Position numbers and translations under genes: made by a program. From an uncultured delta proteobacterium (GTDB taxonomy: Bacteria; Desulfobacterota; Binatia; UBA9968), in NCBI GenBank assembly GCA_963727625.1, contig CAVSHR010000009.1, positions 256,001 to 320,000 of the forward strand: a stretch of 64,000 nt of DNA, written 5' to 3'. Positions 9,605 to 20,152 of this stretch are shown here, one piece after another; within the stretch, counting starts at the first letter, position 1, and each line of letters begins with the position of its first letter. A model generated the notes under the pieces. It made no database searches. It was not told the DNA's origin and saw nothing but the letters and a program-made list of their open reading frames with translations.

Positions 9605-11566
9605 ATGCCCGAGCTGTTTGAAAACCATATACCCATGAACGGTCTTGACGAGGAAGGTGCCCTGCGCCGGCTTCTCGAAGGAACCGCCGGCGAAACGGGC
9701 GAACGCTTTTTCGCCGCATTGGTGGAAAACCTTGCCAAAATCCTCAATACCGATGGCGCTTGGGTCACTGAATACTTGCCTGAATTCAGGCGACTTAGAG
9801 CCCTCGCTTTCTGGATGGACGGAGGCTGGATCAAGGACTATAAAGTTGACATAACCGGGTCACCCTGCGAGCAAGTCATAGACTCCGCGCGATTAGTACA
9901 TTTTCCGGACCGGCTCCTGCAACTGTTCCCGGAGCGAGCTGAGGTGCAAGAACGCGGTCTGATAAGTTACATGGGCATGCCTCTGCTGGACAACGACCAG
10001 AAGATCTTGGGACATCTTGCGGTGGTCGACCGGCAACCGATGCCGCTGGAACCGCGCGTGCTGGCGCTGTTTGGTATTTTTGCCGCGCGAGCGGCCGCCG
10101 AATTGCGGCGCATACGCGCCCAGGCCCAGGTGCGTGAGCGTGAAGAAAAACTTCGCGGGCTCTTCGAAAGCGCCATGGATGCCATCGTCGAGTTCGATGC
10201 CAACCTTAATGTCACGCGCATGAACCCTTCTGCGGAGGAATCTTTTCACTGCCCGGCCGACGATGCAATCGGAAAGAGCTGCAATCGGTTCCTTACCGAC
10301 CAAAGTCGCCAACGACTCAAGCGACTGGTCGATGAAATCGCCGACAGGCGTTTCGGAGCCCGGTCGTTGTGGATCGCCGGCGGGCTTCAAGCATTGGCCG
10401 CCAACGGCAAGGAGTTCGCTGCCGAAGCAACTCTCTCGCGAGCGGAGATGCAAGGCGAGGTGTTTCACACCTTGATCTTGAGAAACGTCAATGAGCGCTT
10501 GGCAGCCGAGCAAAAAATTTATTCGCTCAAAGCCGAGACCGAATATTTGCGTGAAACCATCAGCTCCCTCGGCGGGTTCGATCGGATTATCGGTCAAAGC
10601 GCAGCTCTGAAAGCGGTCTTGCAAGATGTCGCCCAAGTCGCGGTGACCGATACGACGGTGTTGATTCTCGGCGAGACGGGCACCGGTAAAGAATTGATTG
10701 CCCGGACGATTCATAATGAAAGCCGCAGAGCGAATCGACCCTTGATCACGATCAACTGCGCGGCCATTCCCGCCGCGCTCATGGAAAGCGAGTTTTTCGG
10801 TCATGAAAAAGGAGCGTTTACGGGCGCGACTCAAAGACGGGAGGGGCGATTCGCGTTAGCCGATGAAGGGACGATCTTTCTCGATGAGATAGGCGAGCTA
10901 TCGCTCGACCTGCAAGCCAAGCTTTTGCGGGTTTTACAGGAAGGCGAGTTCACGCCCGTTGGCAGTTCGCAAGTTCGCAAAGTCGATGTGAGGGTAATTG
11001 CCGCCACGAATCGCCGCCTCGATCAGGCGGTACGGGATGGAAAGTTTAGAGAAGATCTTTATTATCGACTCAATGTATTTCCCGTTGATCTTCCCCCCTT
11101 GAGGGACCGACGTGAGGATATCGCGCCGCTTGCTATCGCATTCGTCAAAGCGATCGCTCAACGCCTGGGACGACAAGTCGAGCCGCTTTCGGCCGAATCT
11201 CAACAGCGACTGATGGCCTACGGCTGGCCGGGCAACGTCCGGGAATTGAGGAACGTCATCGAGCGGGCGGTCATTACCTCACGAGACGGTCATCTAAACC
11301 TGGACAGAGCCTTGCCCGACGGCGGCTCAGCAATCAGCAGCGACACAGAGCCAGCAAGCCCGACCCGCCGGAAATCGTCCACAGGCATTGTGCAAGTCCA
11401 CGAACTTCAAGAACTGGAACGCACCAACATCGTGCGGGCTCTGGAAGCATCGGGTTGGCGCGTGGCAGGTCGAACCGGCGCCGCCGCGCTTTTGGGCATC
11501 AATCCTTCGACACTAAACTCGCGCATGCGCGCGCTGAAGATTCAAAGGCTAAAAAACCCCGATTGA
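9605..11566 (+). CDS. sigma54-dependent activator, GAF-PAS-AAA+-HTH (FhlA-like)
   Basis: [30 protein letters not shown]-terminal HTH. Confidence 0.93.
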   Translation: MPELFENHIPMNGLDEEGALRRLLEGTAGETGERFFAALVENLAKILNTDGAWVTEYLPEFRRLRALAFWMDGGWIKDYKVDITGSPCEQVIDSARLVHFPDRLLQLFPERAEVQERGLISYMGMPLLDNDQKILGHLAVVDRQPMPLEPRVLALFGIFAARAAAELRRIRAQAQVREREEKLRGLFESAMDAIVEFDANLNVTRMNPSAEESFHCPADDAIGKSCNRFLTDQSRQRLKRLVDEIADRRFGARSLWIAGGLQALAANGKEFAAEATLSRAEMQGEVFHTLILRNVNERLAAEQKIYSLKAETEYLRETISSLGGFDRIIGQSAALKAVLQDVAQVAVTDTTVLILGETGTGKELIARTIHNESRRANRPLITINCAAIPAALMESEFFGHEKGAFTGATQRREGRFALADEGTIFLDEIGELSLDLQAKLLRVLQEGEFTPVGSSQVRKVDVRVIAATNRRLDQAVRDGKFREDLYYRLNVFPVDLPPLRDRREDIAPLAIAFVKAIAQRLGRQVEPLSAESQQRLMAYGWPGNVRELRNVIERAVITSRDGHLNLDRALPDGGSAISSDTEPASPTRRKSSTGIVQVHELQELERTNIVRALEASGWRVAGRTGAAALLGINPSTLNSRMRALKIQRLKNPD

Positions 11567-11685
11567 TGAGAGGTGAGCGGTCGTTTTTGGAGTTCGAAGT
11601 CTGATCGCAAAGTGACAGGACCGAATTCTGCCTGAAACGTCAGCCACCTTGACCCTATCGCAACCCATTCGCGACGCCTAAGTCA

Positions 11686-13638
11686 ATGCCATCTTTGGAA
11701 ACCCAAGACACCCTCACTGAACATCCCCTGCAGGACGCTGACGAGGGAGCGGTGCTGCGTCAAATCCTTGAGGGTACCGCGCGAGAAACCGGAGAAGGTT
11801 TCTTTGCGGCGTTGGTTGAGAACCTTGCCAAAGCCCTCGAGACCTACGGGGCTTGGGTGACCATCTGGCATGGAGAGAAGCGCCTGCGAGCGGTGGCGTT
11901 CTGGCTAGGCGGGCAATTCGTCTCGGATTACGAGTACGATTTGGCCGGCACGCCCTGCGAGCCCGTATTCAAAGATTGCCGCTTGGTTCATGTTGCCGAC
12001 CGTGTCGTTGATTTGTATCCGAACGATCCCGACCTCGGTCCCATGGGCGCCGTCAGTTATATGGGGGTGCCTCTGTTAGACCTTGACGGTCAGATCCTCG
12101 GCCACCTGGCCGTCCTCGACACGCGGCCGATGCCCCGGGAACCGCGATTGCTGGCGCTGTTTCGGATTTTTGCGGCGCGCGCCGCGGCTGAGCTGCAGCG
12201 GCTGCGCGCCGAGCAGCGGCTACAAGAGCGCGAGGAGAAACTGCGACGGCTATTCGACAGCGCCATGGATGCGATCATCGAGTTCGACCAGGAGCTCAAA
12301 ACCACGCGCATCAACCCCGCGGCTGAAAAAGCCTTCAACTGTACCGCTCTGGAACTTCAGGGCGGAAAATTCACCGACCTCCTATCCGAGAAGAGCCGCA
12401 AAAAAATCTTGGATCTTATGGGCGAACTTGCTGCAGCACGAGACGGCCGCCGCTCCCTATGGATCGCCGGCGGCCTTGAAGCGGTGCCGGTCAAAGCAAC
12501 CGCTTTTCCGGCGGAAGCAACGCTGTCGCGTTTCGAGATTGAGCGCCAAGCTTTTTATACCGTCATTCTTAGAAACGTGAACGACCGGCTGGAAGCCGAA
12601 AGAAAAATCCATTCCCTCACGGCTGAAGCGGAGTATTTGCGCGATAGCGTCAAAGCACTGGGAGGATTCGATCAGATTATCGGCCAGAGTGCAGCGCTCA
12701 AAGAAGTCCTTCGCGATGTCAATCAAGTGGCCGGCACCGATACCACCGTGCTGATCCTCGGCGAAACAGGAACCGGCAAAGAATTAATCGCGCGAGCGAT
12801 TCACGCGGCAAGCCGGCGCCAAAACAGGCCCTTGATCACGGTCAATTGCGCCGCTATCCCGGCCGCGCTCATGGAAAGCGAATTTTTCGGCCATGAAAAG
12901 GGCGCCTTCACCGGCGCCACTCAGAGACGCGAGGGCTGTTTTGCCCTGGCTGACCATGGGACAATTTTTCTCGACGAAATAGGCGAGTTATCGCTGGATC
13001 TCCAAGCGAAACTTTTGCGCGTGCTCCAGGAAGGCGAATTCACACCGGTGGGTGCCTCGCAGCTTCGAAAAGTAGATGTAAGAGTAATCGCCGCCACCAA
13101 TCGGGATCTCAACGGCGCCATGCGCGAGGGTACGTTTCGTGAGGATCTTTATTACCGGCTCGACGTATTTCCGATCAGTGTTCCGCCGTTACGGAAACGG
13201 CGCGAGGACATTCCGCTTCTGGCGTCCGAGTTCGCCGCCAAATTCGCCAGGCGTCTAGGCAAGCAGTTGCAGTCTCTCTCCGAGGAACACCGGCAACGGT
13301 TGATGGCCTACTCATGGCCCGGCAACGTTCGTGAATTACAAAACGTGATTGAACGCGCCGTGATTACCGCGCAAGATGGCCGCCTGAACCTGGAACGCGC
13401 ATTACCGGTGAACGATCTGGCACCGACAAACGCGTTCGAAACCCCTTCTCAACCGTCGCCACCCGGCATTTTGAAGCTTCGGGAATTGCAAGCAATCGAG
13501 CGCGAGAACATTCTACGCGCACTGGAAGCCAGCAACTGGCGTGTTGCCGGAAAAGACGGCGCCGCCGCGTTGCTCCGCATGAACCCCTCGACATTGAATT
13601 CTCGCATGAGAGCGCTCAAAATCGAGCGGCCAAGATAA
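11686..13638 (+). CDS. second sigma54-dependent activator, GAF-PAS-AAA+-HTH (tandem paralogue)
   Basis: same motifs and colinear similarity to 9605-11566. Confidence 0.93.
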   Translation: MPSLETQDTLTEHPLQDADEGAVLRQILEGTARETGEGFFAALVENLAKALETYGAWVTIWHGEKRLRAVAFWLGGQFVSDYEYDLAGTPCEPVFKDCRLVHVADRVVDLYPNDPDLGPMGAVSYMGVPLLDLDGQILGHLAVLDTRPMPREPRLLALFRIFAARAAAELQRLRAEQRLQEREEKLRRLFDSAMDAIIEFDQELKTTRINPAAEKAFNCTALELQGGKFTDLLSEKSRKKILDLMGELAAARDGRRSLWIAGGLEAVPVKATAFPAEATLSRFEIERQAFYTVILRNVNDRLEAERKIHSLTAEAEYLRDSVKALGGFDQIIGQSAALKEVLRDVNQVAGTDTTVLILGETGTGKELIARAIHAASRRQNRPLITVNCAAIPAALMESEFFGHEKGAFTGATQRREGCFALADHGTIFLDEIGELSLDLQAKLLRVLQEGEFTPVGASQLRKVDVRVIAATNRDLNGAMREGTFREDLYYRLDVFPISVPPLRKRREDIPLLASEFAAKFARRLGKQLQSLSEEHRQRLMAYSWPGNVRELQNVIERAVITAQDGRLNLERALPVNDLAPTNAFETPSQPSPPGILKLRELQAIERENILRALEASNWRVAGKDGAAALLRMNPSTLNSRMRALKIERPR

Positions 13639-13694
13639 ATTCTCGATCGCAGCAGCGCTATCCTCGCTCGTGGGATCTCGCAACTTCAGTTGTT

Positions 13695-13717
13695 AGATTT
13701 CGCGAGTCACGAAATCT
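13695..13717. promoter_or_regulatory. candidate upstream activator sequence
   Basis: inverted repeat AGATTTCG-N7-CGAAATCT about 75-95 bp upstream of a sigma54 promoter. Confidence 0.55.
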
Positions 13718-13790
13718 CACCACGGATCCAATCCTCCACATAACCTGCTAAGCCCTCAATTTAGAGCGAGAAACTCCCTTTTTAGCGAAG

Positions 13791-13806
13791 TGGCACACAA
13801 GCTGCA
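13791..13806 (+). promoter_or_regulatory. sigma54 promoter
   Basis: TGGCACACAAGCTGCA, correct GG/GC spacing, directly downstream of two sigma54 activator genes. Confidence 0.75.
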
Positions 13807-13849
13807 ATTGCAAGCTTGCAACACATTCACCGAAAGGGAGGGAAAGAAA

Positions 13850-14761
13850 ATGCAACACAATTATTCATACCAATCGGCACTGGCGGCTTCCGAGAGGATC
13901 GGCTGGAAGATCGAAGATCTGATCGGCGGCGAAAAGAAACTGGATTTCAATAAGCCCTTCATGCCGGAGTCCTTGGCCCAAGTGAAACAGCTTTCGTTTC
14001 TCACACCGGAGGAACAGCTCACGTTGAATCATATTCGCGGCCATGAATATCTTGCCATGTTTGGCTTGGTGGAAGAGTTTATTCTACCCTACGTCGTCAA
14101 CCATGCCCGGCCCAAGCTCTCAGGCGACGACTACCGGGTGCGGGCCCTACTCCAGTTCGCAGGTGAAGAGGCCAAGCATATCCACCTGTTCAAGCGCTTC
14201 CGCCAGCATTTCGAAGCCGGCTTCGGCAGCAAGTGCGAGTTCATTGGCCCGGCTGAGGACGTGAGAAATTTCGTCTTGTCGCACAGCCCTCTGGGGGCAG
14301 GGGTCGCCATCCTGCATATCGAGTGGATCACGCTGCGCCACTATATCGAGGGCGTGCGCGACAACCAGGACCTTGACCCGCAGTTTAAGTCCTTGCTCAA
14401 AAGTCACTGGTTGGAAGAATCCCAGCACACCAAACTGGATACCTTGATGGTGGAAGAAATCGTAAGCCATTCGACTTCGCAAGAGATCGACCAGGCTTTC
14501 AAGGAATACGGCGAGATTGGTGCTTTTCTAGACCAGGGGATCCAGCAGCAGGCCGAGTTTGATGTCGAGAGCTTCGTGCAGGCGACCGGGCGAAACCTTT
14601 CCAAAAGCCAGCGCGATGAGATGACTCGGGCGGTGCTCAAGGGCATGCGCTGGACCTATCTCGGCACCGGGATGACTCATCCAAACTTCCTCGCCACCGT
14701 AGAGACAATCAAGCCCGAGGCCCGGGAGCAGATCGAACAGATGGCCCCGGCGTTCTGCTGA
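13850..14761 (+). CDS. ferritin-like diiron protein (AurF-like fold)
   Basis: LVEEF, EEAKH and EESQH ExxH motifs; GGGAGG RBS before ATG 13850. Confidence 0.75.
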   Translation: MQHNYSYQSALAASERIGWKIEDLIGGEKKLDFNKPFMPESLAQVKQLSFLTPEEQLTLNHIRGHEYLAMFGLVEEFILPYVVNHARPKLSGDDYRVRALLQFAGEEAKHIHLFKRFRQHFEAGFGSKCEFIGPAEDVRNFVLSHSPLGAGVAILHIEWITLRHYIEGVRDNQDLDPQFKSLLKSHWLEESQHTKLDTLMVEEIVSHSTSQEIDQAFKEYGEIGAFLDQGIQQQAEFDVESFVQATGRNLSKSQRDEMTRAVLKGMRWTYLGTGMTHPNFLATVETIKPEAREQIEQMAPAFC

Positions 14762-14835
14762 GTCGAGGCATCCCTTGAGACCCAAGAGCTGGTCTGCTGA
14801 ACAACAGCCCGGCTCTTGGGTCGAGGAGAGCGGCT

Positions 14836-15480
14836 ATGGAAATGACCATCAAAATTGTGACGGCATCGAATGCAGATCGCGCCATCAATACGATCCTACA
14901 AGCATTCAGCGCCGATCCCGCGGCACGGTGGCTGTATCCGGATTCGCGGCATTATCTACATTATTTTCCGAGCTTCATCAAAGCATTTGCCGGGGCGGCC
15001 TTCGAGCACGCTAGCGCCTTTTGTGTCGACGATTACTCAGGTGCGGCGCTCTGGCTTTCGCCGGGGATCCATCCTGATGAAAAAACGTTGGAAGCGCTGT
15101 TACAAGGGAGCATTTCTGAGCGGGATCAAGAAGCTGTGTTTGCGCTTTTCGAACGGATGGAGCAATACCATCCCGCCGAGCCCCACTGGTATTTGCCCAT
15201 GATCGGCGTCGATCCTGCAAAACAAGGCGCTGGCTACGGCTCGGCTTTACTGAAGCATGCCCTTGAGCGCTGCGACGCCGACAACAAGCTCGCTTACCTA
15301 GAATCGTCGAGCCCGAAGAATATCCCGCTCTATAAACGTTTCGGGTTTGAACTGCTCGGCACGATTCAAGTCGGCTCCTCGCCGCCTCTGTTTCCGATGT
15401 CGAGAAAACCGCGCCTTGTTACAGCACACAAAAATAGTGGCTTTGCCGCGCTTGGAGACTACCAAGCAGGTAGAACCTGA
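14836..15480 (+). CDS. GNAT family N-acetyltransferase
   Basis: HWYLPMIGVDPAKQGAGYGSALL, AYLESSSPKNIPLYKRFGF. Confidence 0.9.
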   Translation: MEMTIKIVTASNADRAINTILQAFSADPAARWLYPDSRHYLHYFPSFIKAFAGAAFEHASAFCVDDYSGAALWLSPGIHPDEKTLEALLQGSISERDQEAVFALFERMEQYHPAEPHWYLPMIGVDPAKQGAGYGSALLKHALERCDADNKLAYLESSSPKNIPLYKRFGFELLGTIQVGSSPPLFPMSRKPRLVTAHKNSGFAALGDYQAGRT

Positions 15481-15634
15481 TGCGAAAGGAGTCCGGATAT
15501 GGCTGGGGGAGAATTCTTGTTGTTAGCGCTGGCGATCCTCTATTTCGTGGTCCCTGACGGACATTCTTCGAAAGAGCGCCGCAATGCACGGGTTGGAAAG
15601 CAAAACTGGCGAAATTTCTAGCAGGAGGAAACTC

Positions 15635-16486
15635 ATGGCTGCAACCTGTCCGGTTGGCTTTGACGTTGCTCGGTTGAGACAACTTATTCGCGCCGAATAC
15701 GACCGCGTCGCGCGCGACCCAGAAGGCGATTTTCATTTTCATCGGGGTCCGGAGTACGCGTGCCGGATGCTCGGCTACGACCCGCTCGAGCTGGCATCGA
15801 TTCCCGCCGAGTCGGCTGCGTCATTTGCCGGCGTCGGAAATCCTCATCGCATCGGGCCCATTGGGCCTGGGGAGACCGTCGTCGACGTCGGCTGCGGCGC
15901 GGGCATGGACTTGCTCCTGGCAGCCCGCCACACCGCCCCAAGCGGCCACGCCATCGGCGTGGATATGACGCCGTCCATGCTCGAACTCGTGCGGCGGTCG
16001 GCGCTAAAAACCGGCCTCTGGGAAAACGTCGAAGTTCGCAGGGGGTTCGCTGAAGAGTTGCCGGTAGAGACCGAGACCGTGGATGTCGTCATCTCCAACG
16101 GCGTCCTCAATTTATCGCCTGACAAGCTCGGTGCTTTTGGTGAAATCTACCGGGTGCTGCGGCCCGGAGGGCGTCTCTATCTCGCCGATGTTGTCGTTCA
16201 AAGGGAACTGTCCCTGGCGGCACGAAGCGATATAGACCTCTGGGCGGCATGAATCGGTGGGGCCCTGCCGGAGGCAGAGCTCTTGCAGGTTACGGCGCAA
16301 ATTGGTTTCGTCGACGGCGCTGTTGTCGAGCGGTTCGACTGTTACGAGGGAACATCCGCCAAAGACAAACTATCCAAGGACCTTTATGTTCAGGGCGTAA
16401 ACTTTTGCGCGCAAAAACCAACGCGACATCCGGTGAAGCCCAAACCAGCTACATCGACAATGCCGCGGTCCAGCATCGATGGATAA
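15635..16486 (+). CDS. ArsM-like SAM methyltransferase, probable selenoprotein (UGA at 16250-16252)
   Basis: AGGAGG RBS; FAGVGNP, DVGCGAG, DVVISNGVLN; frame continues through LWAA-UGA-IGGAL to 16486; hairpin CTGCC-GGA-GGCAG 3' of the UGA. Confidence 0.8.
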
Positions 16487-17339
16487 CTTGCGGCCGACAG
16501 CGATGCTGACGGCGCCGTTAACGCTCCTCGCGCTCTTTGCTTTCGCCGCCAATTCAATCTTTGCTCGGCTTGCGTTGGGCGAGCCGAGCATCGATCCCTC
16601 GAGTTACACCGCAGTGCGTTTGCTCACGGGCGCGCTGACGTTATGGCTGATCGCCCGCTACCGGCGGGCCGATACGTCGGTAGTATCTCAGAGCAGCTGG
16701 GCTTCCGCGGCCATGCTCTTTCTGTACGCCGCGACGTTCTCGGTTGCCTACATCAGCTTGACCACTGGCACGGGCGCGTTGATCCTCTTCGCCGCGGTGC
16801 AGATCACCATGATCGCGGTCGGCCTGTATGCCGGCGAACGACCCTCGGTGCTCCACTGGTCGGGGCTGCTGATCGCCGTCGCCGGTTTGATCTATTTGGT
16901 CTCCCCCGGCCTCTCCGCCCCCTCTGCGGCCGGTTCGCTGCTGATGGGAACCGCGGGCGTCGCCTGGGGCGTCTACTCCATCCTCGGCCGCCGCGTGACC
17001 GACCCGGTACAGGCTACGGCGGGAAATTTTCTCAAAACGGTTCCCTTGACTTTGGTTATTCTAATAATTGCGTCTTCCTCGATCATGATCACAGCTCAGG
17101 GTTTTCTTTGGGCTGCCTTGTCCGGCTCGATAACCTCGGCGGTCGGCTATGTAATCTGGTACGCCGCCTTGCCCCGCTTGACGGCAACCCTAGCCGCGAC
17201 GGTACAGCTTTTGGTCCCGGCGCTCGCTGCGCTCGGCGGGGTTTTGTTATTATCGGAGCGGATGACTCTGCGGTTAGTCCTCTCGGGCGCGATCATTCTC
17301 ACCGGGGTCGGGCTGGCGATCGGCAGCCGGAGAAAATAA
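16479..17339 (+). CDS. DMT/EamA family transporter
   Basis: about ten hydrophobic segments, AFAANS, GYVIWYAALP. Confidence 0.88.
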   Translation: MDNLRPTAMLTAPLTLLALFAFAANSIFARLALGEPSIDPSSYTAVRLLTGALTLWLIARYRRADTSVVSQSSWASAAMLFLYAATFSVAYISLTTGTGALILFAAVQITMIAVGLYAGERPSVLHWSGLLIAVAGLIYLVSPGLSAPSAAGSLLMGTAGVAWGVYSILGRRVTDPVQATAGNFLKTVPLTLVILIIASSSIMITAQGFLWAALSGSITSAVGYVIWYAALPRLTATLAATVQLLVPALAALGGVLLLSERMTLRLVLSGAIILTGVGLAIGSRRK

Positions 17340-17382
17340 CTTCGCTCGTGAAGCTATTGGGAATTTCTTAAACCGGAATTTC

Positions 17383-17802
17383 TCATCCGAGGCCAACGAC
17401 GATCATTCCCATGCCTACCATGCAAATCAATTGAATGGAGAAGAAGATAAACCTCAGGGCCGTCGCGAAATTGGTGGGAGTGAAGCCGATGTGCACGGTC
17501 GTCTGGCATACTCGCGCAACGAGCATGACACTCGCCAGCCAATCCAGCGCGGCGCTACGGACGCCGGTGGCGACGATGGCCACCACCACCGCGGTGTAAA
17601 GCGGCAGGTTCTCCAGGCAGTTGGCATGGGCACGCATAGCGCGCCTGTACCAGTCGCTCCCTTGCGGCTCGTCCGCGCGAAAATCTTTGATCTCGGCTCG
17701 GCGGGTGAGAATCCTGCTCCAGCGGTACCAGCCGATGGTTCCAAGGAGCGTGAGCACCGTCCAACCTGCAAATCCGAGTAAAACCCAAACCGGGATGGTC
17801 AT
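17383..17802 (-). CDS. MAPEG family membrane protein
   Basis: RAMRAHANCLENLPLY motif, four TM helices. Confidence 0.85.
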   Translation of the reverse strand: MTIPVWVLLGFAGWTVLTLLGTIGWYRWSRILTRRAEIKDFRADEPQGSDWYRRAMRAHANCLENLPLYTAVVVAIVATGVRSAALDWLASVMLVARVCQTTVHIGFTPTNFATALRFIFFSIQLICMVGMGMIVVGLG

Positions 17803-17947
17803 GGCGTCCTGCATGGGCCTAAGCCTATCCAAATCTCGGCGCCGAGGCCAACTGGATAATCACTGCCGTATCTTGACGGCGCCGCTCCACAGTTGATAGC
17901 TAGTTGATGATTTTTTCGGTTTGCGCTGCCCGTCAATGGAGGTGAGT

Positions 17948-18595
17948 ATGGAAAGCCGGGAATTCGCCAAGTCGATCGAGAAGCAAGTCGCCGAATTCTG
18001 CAAAAACCTAGACGCGAAGTTGCCGGCCTATAGCTTTATCCCGCTCACCACCGACGAGAAGCGCATCAAAGTGATGCAGAGCCGCTTGTTCAATGAAATC
18101 CGCGCCGGAGAAATTTTCGGCGGCTGGCTCAAGAGTACGCCCGAGCTCGACGTCAAGAAAACCCTCGCCGAAGCGACCCACGAAGAATACGTCCATGCCG
18201 GCTTTCTCGAAGCAGCGTTGCGCGGCAAAGGCGCCACGCCCTACGACTACCGGCCGCTGCCCGCGCAGATGGCCATGTTCAACTCATTTGAAGGATTGAC
18301 CGACACCGTCGAGCGCATCGCGGCGTTTCCCATGGCGGGCGAGGGCGTCGCCGATTATTTAATAGCCAAAAGTCTAAAGGCCGGCACGGTGCCAAGCTGG
18401 GTCACCGATCCATACAAGCGCATTCATGAAGACGAAGAGGAGCACGGCAACTACCCGTTCGAAATTCTGGTCAAATACGCGACCACCGGAGAGCGACAAG
18501 AGCGCGCCGCCCGCGCCGTCGCAATGAGCCTGGCGCTGCGCCGCGCTTACTTCGACAATCTCGATCGCTGGGTGCTCGAAAACCAAATCTATTAG
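17948..18595 (+). CDS. ferritin-like domain protein (island integration target)
   Basis: FNE, EEYVH, GEG, DEEEH ligands; GGAGG RBS. Confidence 0.78.
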   Translation: MESREFAKSIEKQVAEFCKNLDAKLPAYSFIPLTTDEKRIKVMQSRLFNEIRAGEIFGGWLKSTPELDVKKTLAEATHEEYVHAGFLEAALRGKGATPYDYRPLPAQMAMFNSFEGLTDTVERIAAFPMAGEGVADYLIAKSLKAGTVPSWVTDPYKRIHEDEEEHGNYPFEILVKYATTGERQERAARAVAMSLALRRAYFDNLDRWVLENQIY

Positions 18596-18753
18596 GCGTT
18601 GCACTCGGTTTTATTCGCCCAACGAGCATCTGTTTGTCTGAGTCCTCTGGCTTCGATGTGAATCACCCGCGTGCGGTCGGCCACCGCTCGCCCCAGGCTA
18701 AACTTTTTCTTGCTCAAAAGACCAGGTTTGCGTAGTCTTGAACTTGCAAGTCC

Positions 18754-19743
18754 ATGCCAAGGAACGATCAGATTACGCGTCAATGGCAGCTTCTGCGACA
18801 ACTTGAAGGTTCGCCGGGACGAAGCCTTCAAGAGCTTGTCGACAACATCCCGGACGATTACCCGAAAAACGCCCGCACGGTGCGGCGCGATCTGGAAGCG
18901 CTGGAAGCCGTCGGTTTCCCGCTCGTGACCGAGCGGCGCCACGGCCAAACTCGCTGGCGTCTGATGGAAGGCTTCCGCGATATTCTCGCGCTCGGCTTTT
19001 CCGCCACCGAGCTGATGGCGCTGCTTCTCAGCCGTAATCTCTTGAAGCCGCTCGAAGGCACCGAAATCGCCGCGTCCCTCAACTCCGCGCTCGGTAAAGC
19101 TTCGCTGCGCTGCCGCCACAGGGGCACGAGTATGTTCGGGCGATGGAGCAGATGTTTTCCGTCGGCATCGGTGCACATAAAAGCTATCGCGAGCACCGCC
19201 AAACCATCGATCTCATCTCCCAAGCCATCGACAAACGGTGTACCGCGCAAATGCGCTACTTCTCGGCTTCACGAAACGGCACCGCCCGGCGCGAGGTCGA
19301 TCCCTACTTTCCTCCGGTTCGCGGGCGGCGGCCTATATCTCATCGGCCACTGTCACTTGCGCAAAGAAGTGCGCATGTTCGCCGTCGAACGCATCCGCAC
19401 GATCGCGCTCACCGATCATCCCTATCAAATTCCTCTCGATTTCAAGGTCGACGACTACGTTCAGGACGCGCTCGGCGTCATGCGCAGCGGGCGCCGCATC
19501 GAAGTCGAGCTGCTTTTCTCCAAAAAAGCCGCCGCCTGGGTCAAAGATAAAACTTGGCATCCGAGCCAGCAGGTCAAGCTGCTGAAGGACGGCCGATTGA
19601 AAATGACCTTGAAAGTCGCCGACAACGAAGAGCTGGTTGGCTGGGTTTTGAGCTTTGGCGGCGAGGCGCGCGTTGTCCAACCCGAGGCGCTCCGACAAAA
19701 AGTCAGGGAAGAAGCTAAACATATACTCGGTTCCAAACTGTAG
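18754..19743 (+). CDS. HTH-WYL-WCX transcriptional regulator with two compensating frameshifts
   Basis: RTVRRDLEALE HTH; the middle part is in another frame (MRYFSASRNGTARREVDPY); LYLIGHCHLRKEVRMFAVERI; WVLSFG. Confidence 0.85.
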   Translation: MPRNDQITRQWQLLRQLEGSPGRSLQELVDNIPDDYPKNARTVRRDLEALEAVGFPLVTERRHGQTRWRLMEGFRDILALGFSATELMALLLSRNLLKPLEGTEIAASLNSALGKASLRCRHRGTSMFGRWSRCFPSASVHIKAIASTAKPSISSPKPSTNGVPRKCATSRLHETAPPGARSIPTFLRFAGGGLYLIGHCHLRKEVRMFAVERIRTIALTDHPYQIPLDFKVDDYVQDALGVMRSGRRIEVELLFSKKAAAWVKDKTWHPSQQVKLLKDGRLKMTLKVADNEELVGWVLSFGGEARVVQPEALRQKVREEAKHILGSKL

Positions 19744-19773
19744 TTTGTTTTCGACTCCCGGCCACGGGCGATT

Positions 19774-19789
19774 ACATCAATATTGATGT
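19774..19789. promoter_or_regulatory. TA operator palindrome
   Basis: perfect 16-bp palindrome ACATCAATATTGATGT 9 nt before the toxin start codon. Confidence 0.7.
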
Positions 19790-19798
19790 TGCCGTTGT

Positions 19799-20152
19799 AT
19801 GGAATTCGTAGTAGAGTTTTATGAAACCGAATCAGGCAGTTCCCCGGCGCGGGAGTTCCTGGACGAGTTGAGGCTCAGCGATCCTGACGACTTCGCGGCT
19901 GTCGTCGCGGGCCTGGCGAAGCTGCGTAACAGCCAGTATCACCGCGAGCCGCTTTCTAAAGCGCTGGGCGAGGGGCTTTTTGAGCTGCGCCATGTCGACA
20001 AGCTCAACACCCGTGTGCTGTGGTTTTTTATGAAAGGCAGGCGGATTGTCCTGCTGCACGGCATACGTAACAAGGCACGGGCGATTCCATTGCGCGATCT
20101 CGCAACCACGCGGGAACGGATGCGCGATTGGCGCAAAAGAGCGAAACAGTGA
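19799..20152 (+). CDS. RelE/HigB-like (Gp49 family) toxin
   Basis: VEFYETESG, KALGEGLFELR, RVLWFF, IVLLHG; GTGA overlap with the HTH gene. Confidence 0.85.
   Translation: MEFVVEFYETESGSSPAREFLDELRLSDPDDFAAVVAGLAKLRNSQYHREPLSKALGEGLFELRHVDKLNTRVLWFFMKGRRIVLLHGIRNKARAIPLRDLATTRERMRDWRKRAKQ

Noticed and set aside
9893-10834. Long antisense ORFs (also 51548-52420, 53989-54768, 57710-58534)
   Set aside because: Shadow frames of well-supported genes in GC-rich DNA.
16250-16252. Nonsense mutation making the methyltransferase a pseudogene
   Set aside because: The UGA falls at the conserved Cys position and is followed by a SECIS-like hairpin, so Sec is the better explanation.
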